From the NCBI GenBank assembly GCA_025059945.1, contig JANXDC010000001.1, positions 1,677 to 65,676 on the forward strand: a stretch of DNA of 64,000 nt, in the 5' to 3' direction. The stretch is from Bacteroidota bacterium. Its GTDB lineage: Bacteria; Bacteroidota; Rhodothermia; JANXDC01. This document shows positions 57,103 to 64,000 of this stretch, piece after piece. Made by a program: the position numbers and the translations under genes. Numbering within the stretch: the stretch's first letter is position 1; every line of letters begins with the position of its first letter. Below the pieces are notes generated by a model that was given only the letters and a program-made list of their open reading frames with translations, did no database searches and was not told where the DNA came from.

Positions 57103-57881
57103 AGCGGCTAGCCGCGCTAAAGGAGAAGAAGTATCGTCGGCGCTACGGCCGGTTTCTGGTCGAAGGCCCTCATCTGATCCAAGAGCTGGCCATGTCGGAC
57201 TGGCCCGTGGAGTGGCTACTCCTTACGCCCGATCGCGCCAAGGATCCGGCCCTCAGGCAGGCGCGGCGCAAGCTGGAGGGCCGCGGCGCTTCGGTGGCCT
57301 TGCTTTCGGAGGCGGATATGGCCCGTCTTTCGGAGGTCGCGACCAGCCAAGGCGTCGTAGCCGTCTGTCCGCTTCCGGATCGCTCCTGGAGCCAGAAGCA
57401 GCTCGCAAGCTGGCGGCGGGTGCTCCTGTTGGATGGGCTCGGAGATCCGGGCAACGTGGGGGCGATCATACGCACAGCGGCCTGGTTTGGCTGGGATGCC
57501 GTTTTGCTGGGGCCGGGCTCGGCCGATCCCTACAACCCCAAGGCGGTGCGGGCGAGCATGGGCGGTTTGTTTTTCGTGCCCGTCTACGAGGTTTCTTTGG
57601 AGGAAGCGCTAGAGGCCCTATTAACGCACGATGTGGCCCTCTGGGCGGCTGTGGCGGAGGGAGGAAGGCCCCTTGGGGAGGGGGTGCCCGTGCCGGAGCG
57701 CGTGGCGCTGCTAATCGGCTCAGAGGCCGCAGGGATACGACCGCAGTGGCTTAAGAGGGCTCATGCGCGCGTCTGCATCCCGCGCCTGGGCCGCGGGGTC
57801 GAGTCCCTCAATGCGGCCGTGGCAGCGGGCATTCTGCTGGCCTATCTCAGCGGCCTGGGCCCCAAAACCAGCGCAGGCTGA
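57081..57881 (+). CDS. TrmH/SpoU-family RNA 2'-O-methyltransferase
   Basis: LLLDGLGDPGNVGAIIRTAAWFG...LIGSEAAGI...SLNAAVAAGILL are SPOUT motifs. Confidence 0.8.
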   Translation: MLGRERLKRLAALKEKKYRRRYGRFLVEGPHLIQELAMSDWPVEWLLLTPDRAKDPALRQARRKLEGRGASVALLSEADMARLSEVATSQGVVAVCPLPDRSWSQKQLASWRRVLLLDGLGDPGNVGAIIRTAAWFGWDAVLLGPGSADPYNPKAVRASMGGLFFVPVYEVSLEEALEALLTHDVALWAAVAEGGRPLGEGVPVPERVALLIGSEAAGIRPQWLKRAHARVCIPRLGRGVESLNAAVAAGILLAYLSGLGPKTSAG

Positions 57882-59274
57882 AGACTAGACGCCCCCGGCT
57901 GACTTGTTCGTACACGATCGGATCTGGTCCTACGGGGGCTGCATACTGGCGAAACTGATCCGAGAAGCGCGTCTGCGCGTAGGCCACGTCCAGCCGGGCG
58001 TTTTCCCCCATCGGGACGCCCAACCCCAAGCTCCAGGAGCGCTGGCCGAGCGCAAGGCCTCGATGTGGGCTGGGGCTGTTGCTCCAGCCCCCTCGCAGCA
58101 CAAGCCCCTGCGGGCTTGGCAGCTGTAGCTCGGCGCCGAGGCGCTGCTGCACAGTGGGCCGATAGTCTCGACGCAATCGGCGGTTGGCTTCTCCGAACGT
58201 GGCGCTGGGCGCAAGCTCCAAGGCCGTCCAATCGGTCCATTCGGCCTCCGCACTTATGCGGATCAAGGCCATGCGCAGCGAAGCCCCGGCCGAGATCCGG
58301 GCGGGCAGCAAGATGCGGTAGCGATACAGGCCGGACCGGCTATCGGAGAAGCGCTCCCCGTTGTCGAAGGCCGTGCTGAGGGAACTTCTGTAGCGATCGC
58401 GCACCTCCAGGCGGCCCGGCACAAGCAGGGAGGCTCCCACCCGCGCCGCGGCACCGGCCGTATACAGCAGCCCCAGGCGGGCCTGTAAGCCGGACAGTTC
58501 TGAAGAGATCTCATCCAGCAGGCGCAGCGACTCAAAGTCCGTCGTGCCGCCGCGGCCGTTATGGATGTTGCGGCTGTCGAGCTCTTCGAAGACGCGCTCG
58601 TAGCGGTATTGACCCGTATACAGGTAAAGGGCCGCTCCGAAGTGCAGGTTTCGAAGCGCCTCGATCCCATAGGCCAGGCTGATCTGCCCCATCTGGCCGC
58701 GCTCGAAGACCTCTCCCTGCTGGTCCACTTCGCCTTCGAGCACGGCTGGATAGTAGCGCCTGCCCGGCAAGGTGTCGATGGCGTAGGTGCGAAAGGCCAG
58801 ATCAAAGTAAAAAGGGCTTGTGAGGAAATACTCCGTGATGGAATGGCGCGGATTGAAGGCAGCAAACGAAAACCGGCGCGTGAAGTTGGCGGCCTCGTCG
58901 TATCCGATCCCGATAGCTAGGCTACCTCGACGGGTGGGGACTTTCTGTAGATACGCCAAGCTGGGCAGCTGCAGGCGCTGTACGTTATCCCGTTGGATGC
59001 GTTCCAGATACCGCGCTTGATCTTGCACCCCCGTGCCGCTCAGGCTCACCAAGAGCTCGCTTCGAGAGCTCAAGCTCAGGCCGGCCGGGTTGGAGAAGGC
59101 CGCCTCCCAGGAGCCCCCTATGGCCACGTATGCGCCTGCTAGGCCCAGGGCCGTCGCGCTCGGGGCTATGTGCAGCCGGCTATAGCGCAGCGCATCGGTT
59201 TCGTTTTGAGCCCACGCGGGGCTGAGCGCACCCCAAACGGCGCATGCGAGCAAACCGATTCGCAGCCGCCTCAT
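57847..59274 (-). CDS. Outer-membrane beta-barrel protein, FadL/TodX/PorV-like
   Basis: Signal peptide. N-terminal ALGLAGAYVAIGGSWEAAFSNPAGLSL matches the conserved FadL/PorV N-terminal motif. Alternating beta-strand patterning throughout. Confidence 0.5.
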   Translation of the reverse strand: MRRLRIGLLACAVWGALSPAWAQNETDALRYSRLHIAPSATALGLAGAYVAIGGSWEAAFSNPAGLSLSSRSELLVSLSGTGVQDQARYLERIQRDNVQRLQLPSLAYLQKVPTRRGSLAIGIGYDEAANFTRRFSFAAFNPRHSITEYFLTSPFYFDLAFRTYAIDTLPGRRYYPAVLEGEVDQQGEVFERGQMGQISLAYGIEALRNLHFGAALYLYTGQYRYERVFEELDSRNIHNGRGGTTDFESLRLLDEISSELSGLQARLGLLYTAGAAARVGASLLVPGRLEVRDRYRSSLSTAFDNGERFSDSRSGLYRYRILLPARISAGASLRMALIRISAEAEWTDWTALELAPSATFGEANRRLRRDYRPTVQQRLGAELQLPSPQGLVLRGGWSNSPSPHRGLALGQRSWSLGLGVPMGENARLDVAYAQTRFSDQFRQYAAPVGPDPIVYEQVSRGRLVFSLRWFWGPGR

Positions 59275-59298
59275 AGCGCCTTTCTGGGCCCGGCGAAA

Positions 59299-60174
59299 TC
59301 AGCTTCCATCTCGAGGCGCGCGCGCAGGCCGGCTTACGCCTTCAAGCTCGCTGCGCAGCGGGCGCTGCGGCGGAGGGGCCTCCATGCGCGCCGGGGAGCC
59401 ATGGCGTGGGGGGCTTATCTCCCGGGTCGCGGGCGCGGAACGACCCGCTTCGCGCGACCTGGTTTCCGCAGGGACTGCTGTGCGTTGTGGTCTTGCGGCG
59501 GGGGTCAGAGGCGCGCCGAAAGCGGACCGCGGATGCGCTCCAGGTTCGCTCTTGGGCCGTTCGGCGGGGCTGAGGATCGGGTTTACGCCTGAGGTCCGCA
59601 CGCCCTCTACGGCATCCCGGCTGCGCAGCATGCCCTTCAGAGGAGGCGCTGGGGAGACCGCTTGCGTTCTAGGTGTATGCCCGGGCGCTGAGTCTGAATA
59701 CGGGGTGCGGCCCGATTCGCGGGGTCCGTAATCGGCAGGCTGAGGGATCCGATACCGGTATAGCCCCGTATAGCGCCACGGCGAGGCGTAGTAGGCCGGA
59801 CGCCAGAAGGGATCATAATACGAATAGTAGCCCCAGCGCCACCACGGGTAGCGGAAGATCAGCGTAATGCGCACGGAGCGGGGCTCCCAACACCAAGGAT
59901 CCCACCAAAAAGGGTCATAGTAGCCCCAGATGCCATACCAGCCCACATATCCGTAAGGTGGGCCAAAGGTGTAGGTCCACGTCCTATAGAAGCGATCAAA
60001 AGAGCGGCGCTTAAGATAAGCCCAATCCGAAGCCGATGGGCTTTCCTCGGTGTACCCTTGCTCCGGCTGCGCAGGTTGGCTCAGCTGCAGCTGCGTATAA
60101 CAGCCCGCCATCAGGGGCAGGACCGCGATCCAGAGGGCGCCTCGTGGCATAGCCGTCTTCCCTATGTTGCGCAT
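59299..60174 (-). CDS. Hypothetical lipoprotein with Trp/Tyr-rich repeats and Pro/Arg-rich C-terminal tail
   Basis: Lipobox LMAGC. Repeated YYDPFW / WGYY motifs (GWYGIWGYYDPFWWDPWCWEP...WWRWGYYSYYDPFWRPAYY). The C-terminal 130 aa are low-complexity P/R/A/S. Confidence 0.5.
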   Translation of the reverse strand: MRNIGKTAMPRGALWIAVLPLMAGCYTQLQLSQPAQPEQGYTEESPSASDWAYLKRRSFDRFYRTWTYTFGPPYGYVGWYGIWGYYDPFWWDPWCWEPRSVRITLIFRYPWWRWGYYSYYDPFWRPAYYASPWRYTGLYRYRIPQPADYGPRESGRTPYSDSAPGHTPRTQAVSPAPPLKGMLRSRDAVEGVRTSGVNPILSPAERPKSEPGAHPRSAFGAPLTPAARPQRTAVPAETRSREAGRSAPATREISPPRHGSPARMEAPPPQRPLRSELEGVSRPARAPRDGS

Positions 60175-60390
60175 GTGATTTTGACGCCTAAGATAGCATT
60201 TTGTTGCCCCAGGGCGCAGAACTCAGGCGAAGACAGCCGAAAAGAGCATGCCAACCGCACAACAGAAGACGCAGGCCCTGAGGCGGTGTCCGCTTTTTCC
60301 GTCAGCGTGTTCCGATCTGGGACATACCCCTTGCCTACGGCCCTCTAGAAGGTGTTTCTTTCGGTTCGTATGGCGAGGAGGGTTATTCCT

Positions 60391-61845
60391 ATGCTGCGCT
60401 CATGGTTCGTCGTGCTAGCCGTTCTCGGAGCCGTTTGTTCCGCGGAAGCCCAAGGCCGACTTGCTAGGCGGCCAGATCCCAAGGCGGATTTAGAGGCCCG
60501 CGTAGAGGCGTTAAGGCCGGAGCTGGTGCGGCTTTCGGATGCGCTCTGGGAGTATGCGGAGACGGCACTTCGGGAGGTGCGTTCGGCTGCGCTGTTGGCC
60601 GAAACGCTCGAACGGGCCGGGTTTCGGGTAGAGCGCGGCGTCGCCGGTCTGCCCACGGCCTTCGTGGCCACTTACGGCAGCGGTCGGCCGGTGATCGGGA
60701 TTCTGGCTGAATACGACGCCCTGCCCGGCGTGGGCAACGCCCCCAAGCCCGAGAAGGCGCCGCGCTCCGACGGGGTGGACTCCGGACACGGGTGCGGGCA
60801 CAACCTCTTTGGGGCCGCCTGCGTGGTGGCGGCGATAGCCCTCAAAGAATATATGCAAGCGCACAACCTGTCCGGCACGATCAAACTCTTTGGCTGTCCG
60901 GCCGAAGAGACGCTGGTGGGCAAGGTGTACATGGCCAAAGAGGGGCTCTTTAGCGATCTCGACGCCGCGCTGGAATGGCATCCCGGCACCGAGACGGAGG
61001 TCCGCAATCAGCCCGGTCGTGCGATGAACAACTTTGTCGTGGAGTTTTTCGGACAGGCCGCGCACGCCTCCGCCGACCCCTGGAATGGTCGAAGCGCCCT
61101 GGACGCGGTGGAGCTCATGAACTACGCCGTCAACCTGCTGCGTGAACACGTGCGCCCCTCGGCCCGTATCCATTACGTGATCTCGCATGGAGGGGGGGCC
61201 CCTAATGTCGTGCCCGAATACGCCAAGGTTTGGTATTACGTGCGCGACACTTCTCGCGTGGCTGTAGAGCAGCTCTATGAGCGGGTGCTCAAGTGCGCCG
61301 AGGGGGCGGCTGTTGCCACGGGCACCCGCTACAAGGTCACGCTGCTTGCGGGGGTGCACGAATATCTGCTCAACCGGCCTCTACAGGAGGCCTTATACGC
61401 GAACCTGCAGCGGGTCGGGGCGCCCCGATTTAGCGAGCAGGATCAGGCCTTCGCGCGGCAGCTGCAGCGCTTTTTGGGGCTCGAAGAAAAGGGGCTCAGC
61501 ACCGCAATCAAGCCGCTGGCCCCCAATCCGGAGCCCGCTACGGGGGGCTCAACCGATGTGGCGGAGGTGAGCTGGATCGCGCCCACGGCAGGCCTCAGCG
61601 TGGCCACGGCCGCGCAGCTCATCCCTTGGCATAGCTGGGCCTCCACGGCCTGTCACGGGACCTCGATTGGGCATGCGGGGGCGCTGGTGGCGGCCAAAGT
61701 TTTGGCCCTCACCGGATATGATCTATTGACGCAACCGCGGCTGCTTGAGGCAGCTAAGGCGGATTTTCAGCGCAAAACCGGAGGCCGACCCTATCGGTCG
61801 CCTGTGCCCAAGGATCAAAAGCCGCCTCTCGAGGAGCGCCCATAA
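60391..61845 (+). CDS. M20-family amidohydrolase (aminobenzoyl-glutamate utilisation protein B-like)
   Basis: GAGGAGG RBS. Signal peptide. GILAEYDALPGVG...GHGCGHNL metal-binding motifs of the M20D/AbgB family. Confidence 0.8.
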   Translation: MLRSWFVVLAVLGAVCSAEAQGRLARRPDPKADLEARVEALRPELVRLSDALWEYAETALREVRSAALLAETLERAGFRVERGVAGLPTAFVATYGSGRPVIGILAEYDALPGVGNAPKPEKAPRSDGVDSGHGCGHNLFGAACVVAAIALKEYMQAHNLSGTIKLFGCPAEETLVGKVYMAKEGLFSDLDAALEWHPGTETEVRNQPGRAMNNFVVEFFGQAAHASADPWNGRSALDAVELMNYAVNLLREHVRPSARIHYVISHGGGAPNVVPEYAKVWYYVRDTSRVAVEQLYERVLKCAEGAAVATGTRYKVTLLAGVHEYLLNRPLQEALYANLQRVGAPRFSEQDQAFARQLQRFLGLEEKGLSTAIKPLAPNPEPATGGSTDVAEVSWIAPTAGLSVATAAQLIPWHSWASTACHGTSIGHAGALVAAKVLALTGYDLLTQPRLLEAAKADFQRKTGGRPYRSPVPKDQKPPLEERP

Positions 61846-61854
61846 ATGTCACGG

Positions 61855-61883
61855 CAAAAAGGCCGGATCCCGTCCGGCCTTTT
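61855..61883. terminator. Bidirectional rho-independent terminator between the M20 gene and tRNA-Thr
   Basis: AAAAA-GGCCGGA-tcccg-TCCGGCC-TTTTT: a 7-bp GC stem flanked by A and T runs. Confidence 0.6.
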
Positions 61884-61932
61884 TGCTTGCAGGCGCTCAA
61901 AAAAACCCACTTTTCGGTGGGCCATATCGGGG

Positions 61933-62005
61933 AGCCAACGGTGGGACTCGAACCCACGACCTGCTCATTACGAGTGAGCTGCTCTACCGGCTGAGCTACG
62001 TTGGC
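61933..62005 (-). tRNA. tRNA-Thr (anticodon CGT)
   Basis: Reverse-complement gives GCCAACG-TA-GCTC-AGCCGGTA-GAGC-A-GCTCA-CTCGTAA-TGAGC-AGGTC-GTGGG-TTCGAGT-CCCAC-CGTTGGC-T, a canonical 73-nt cloverleaf. Anticodon loop has T33-CGT-A37. CCA is not encoded. Confidence 0.85.
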
Positions 62006-62199
62006 TTGCTCAACGAAGGCTTGGCAAATATACGCCGAGCCGCGTAGGGCGAGCAAGAGCATAGACCCCGACGGGCAAAAACGATACAAGCTGGATCCAA
62101 AAAGAAAAATGCCGGACGGAAAAAGGGAAAAAATCCGCTTTTTGAGCTCCCGGCACATGGCTTGCTGCGGCGTACCAGGCCCATTAGCGTGGTCTTCCC

Positions 62200-63879
62200 A
62201 TGCGTGGTTCCGAGCCTTGCAGCCGTTTCCTCCCGATCCTCGGGCTTTGGGTTTTATCCTGGGGGGCCACGATCGGGGTACACTTATGGGCTTATCAGCG
62301 GGGGGCTGATCTCGCTCTTGCCCTCTTCGGTGGGATCTTCGCCTTGGGACTGGTGGGCTCCCTGCTGCTGTGGGGCGCATATACCGGCGCAGATCAGGTA
62401 CACCCGTCTCGGCAGGGGTGCTTTTCTGAATCCCCCAACATAACGGAGGCTTCTGAACCCGACTGGGCGCATTGGCCTGTAGCAGTGGCTATAGTGGACC
62501 CCCACGGCCGTATCGAGAGGGCCAACGCCGCTGCGCGGGCCCTTAAGGCCGGGGCCCGGCATGTACAAGATTGGGGGCTAGAGGATGAACAAGGACGACC
62601 TTTGGCGGGCTGGATAAGCATCGGTTCCGCCTCCCAAAGCTCAATCGTAGGGGGGATGGTATTTCGGCGTACTGCAGATGCCCAAGACCGCCGTTGGGTT
62701 GCCTTCCTCGCTCCGCACGCCCGGGCTGGACGTTGGTATCTGATTTTAGCTCCGACACCCCAAGCCTCCGCCTCCACGGCGCTCGATACGTCGGAGGAAG
62801 GCCTTCAGCAACGGTTTTTGAGTCTGCTATCCCACGAGATCCGCACCCCGGCCAACGTGCTCGTGGGCTACGCCGAGATGCTCAAGCGCGAATGGGGGGA
62901 ACCGCAGAACCTCTTCATACGGGAGGCTTTAGAGGCGATCGCGCAAAACAGCTTGCGCTTGGTGCACACGATCGAGAGCCTGCTGGAGATTGCGCGTTTG
63001 GAAGCGGGAGAGTGGCGTCCCAGCCCTAGGCCGGTCTATGCCGATGCGTTGTTAGAGCGCCTCGCGGGTCGTTACGCCTCGCTGGCCCAGGCCAAGGGTT
63101 TGCGATGGTCTTTGCAGCTAGAGGCCGGTCCGTTGCCCGTGCGGTCGGACCCAGATGCGTGTCGGAAGGTGATGGAATCCATCCTTGAGAACGCGATCAA
63201 GTTTACCGAGCGGGGAGGTATCGCTGTGCGCACACGTCGACGGGGGGCCAACTGGGAGCTCAGCGTGCAGGATACCGGCATCGGCATCGCTCCGCAGGTG
63301 CTGCAGCGTTTGGGGGAGCCTTTCCGTCAAGGGCATGAGGGCCTGTCCCGGCCTTACGAGGGACTGGGCCTGGGCCTGGCGCTCGCACACCGACTGGTGC
63401 GCCTTACGGGCGGGGAGCTGGAGATCCGTTCCCAGTCCGGCGTAGGCACGACCGTGTGGGTGCGCTGGCCGCTGCTCACCCCCAGGCCGATTCCGGAGGG
63501 CGTCTGTCTGCGAGGTTGCCGGGTGCTGCTATACGACCCAGATCCGCGTCGTCCAGGCTGGTTGGCCGCGCTCCTAGAGCGCGTGCAGGCCGAAGTGCTG
63601 CGGGTGCAGACGCTGGAGGCCTTTTGGGAGGCCCTGGGGCGGGGGGGGTTCGATGTGTGCGTGGTGAACTTGGCCCCGATGGAGCAAGGGAGCTGGGAGC
63701 GCTTTCTGGAACGGATTCAGACTCTGCGCGCCTTACCGCTTGTGGCGGTGGCTCCCCTTAGGGGAGAAGCCGATCGCCGCACCCTCTGGGGACTGGGGTG
63801 CTCCGGGGCGATAGACATCTCCCAGAGCGGAATCGAGCTCGGCCGCGAGGTTATGAGCTGTTGGCTAGCCGCTTCCTAG
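62200..63879 (+). CDS. Hybrid sensor histidine kinase with C-terminal receiver-like (probably pseudo-receiver) domain
   Basis: N-terminal TM segments. HisKA LSLLSHEIRTPANVL. HATPase_c (N, G1 DTGIGI, G2 GLGLGLA boxes). The C-terminal ~120 aa are REC-like, but the phospho-acceptor position reads VVNLAPM (Asn for Asp). Confidence 0.75.
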   Translation: MRGSEPCSRFLPILGLWVLSWGATIGVHLWAYQRGADLALALFGGIFALGLVGSLLLWGAYTGADQVHPSRQGCFSESPNITEASEPDWAHWPVAVAIVDPHGRIERANAAARALKAGARHVQDWGLEDEQGRPLAGWISIGSASQSSIVGGMVFRRTADAQDRRWVAFLAPHARAGRWYLILAPTPQASASTALDTSEEGLQQRFLSLLSHEIRTPANVLVGYAEMLKREWGEPQNLFIREALEAIAQNSLRLVHTIESLLEIARLEAGEWRPSPRPVYADALLERLAGRYASLAQAKGLRWSLQLEAGPLPVRSDPDACRKVMESILENAIKFTERGGIAVRTRRRGANWELSVQDTGIGIAPQVLQRLGEPFRQGHEGLSRPYEGLGLGLALAHRLVRLTGGELEIRSQSGVGTTVWVRWPLLTPRPIPEGVCLRGCRVLLYDPDPRRPGWLAALLERVQAEVLRVQTLEAFWEALGRGGFDVCVVNLAPMEQGSWERFLERIQTLRALPLVAVAPLRGEADRRTLWGLGCSGAIDISQSGIELGREVMSCWLAAS

Positions 63880-64000
63880 CTGCCAGCGGCTGCACGGCCT
63901 CCAGCATCCAGGAGTGCAGATGGCTATTGGTGGCCAGGATCTGACGGCCGAAAAGGTAACCAGATCCCCCGTCGAAATCCGTCACCGCTCCGCCTGCCTC

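Noticed and set aside
60175-60390. Small hairpin GCGG-tgt-CCGC followed by TTTTT (~60287-60302) upstream of the M20 gene
   Set aside because: A 4-bp stem is too weak to call a terminator. It is more likely fortuitous.
1-64000. CRISPR arrays, IS elements, integrases, prophage or restriction-modification genes
   Set aside because: Scanned both strands and all intergenic spacers. No direct-repeat arrays, transposase, recombinase or methyltransferase-endonuclease pairs were found. The window reads as core chromosome.

Overview
High-GC (~65%) bacterial chromosomal segment. It is gene-dense on both strands, with many 1-30 bp gene overlaps. I found no transposases, integrases or CRISPR arrays. Gene content is mostly housekeeping: gatB, tpiA, greA, mtgA, lysA, deoC, prfB, nfi, nadB, trmB and aroE. 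It also carries envelope and secretion genes, including a T9SS C-terminal-domain cargo protein, an LptF/G permease, a FadL/PorV-like outer-membrane protein and SPOR and TlpA-family lipoproteins. Together these point to a Bacteroidota/Rhodothermota-like thermophile or halophile. I called about 57 CDS, one tRNA-Thr(CGT), a bidirectional terminator, the prfB programmed +1 frameshift site and a terminator-like hairpin in the greA leader. The ORF track frequently over-extends N-termini, accepts GTG/TTG starts, and reports many antisense 'shadow' ORFs typical of high-GC DNA. I corrected starts where an in-frame ATG matched the conserved N-terminus. No canonical defence or mobile system is visible. 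The more unusual items are: an M1 aminopeptidase fused to a C-terminal beta-barrel-like domain; an ArnC/ArnD-like lipid-linked amino-sugar cluster (GT2, FAD oxidoreductase, NodB deacetylase, wecB, orphan ABC ATPase); a DUF62 SAM-hydrolase operon; tandem TlpA-like paralogs, one with a degenerate CxxC; a DnaQ-exonuclease/GIY-YIG fusion; a W/Y-rich repeat lipoprotein; a histidine-box membrane protein; a hybrid histidine kinase with a pseudo-receiver; and candidate RNA leaders upstream of greA and a BtuF-like gene.
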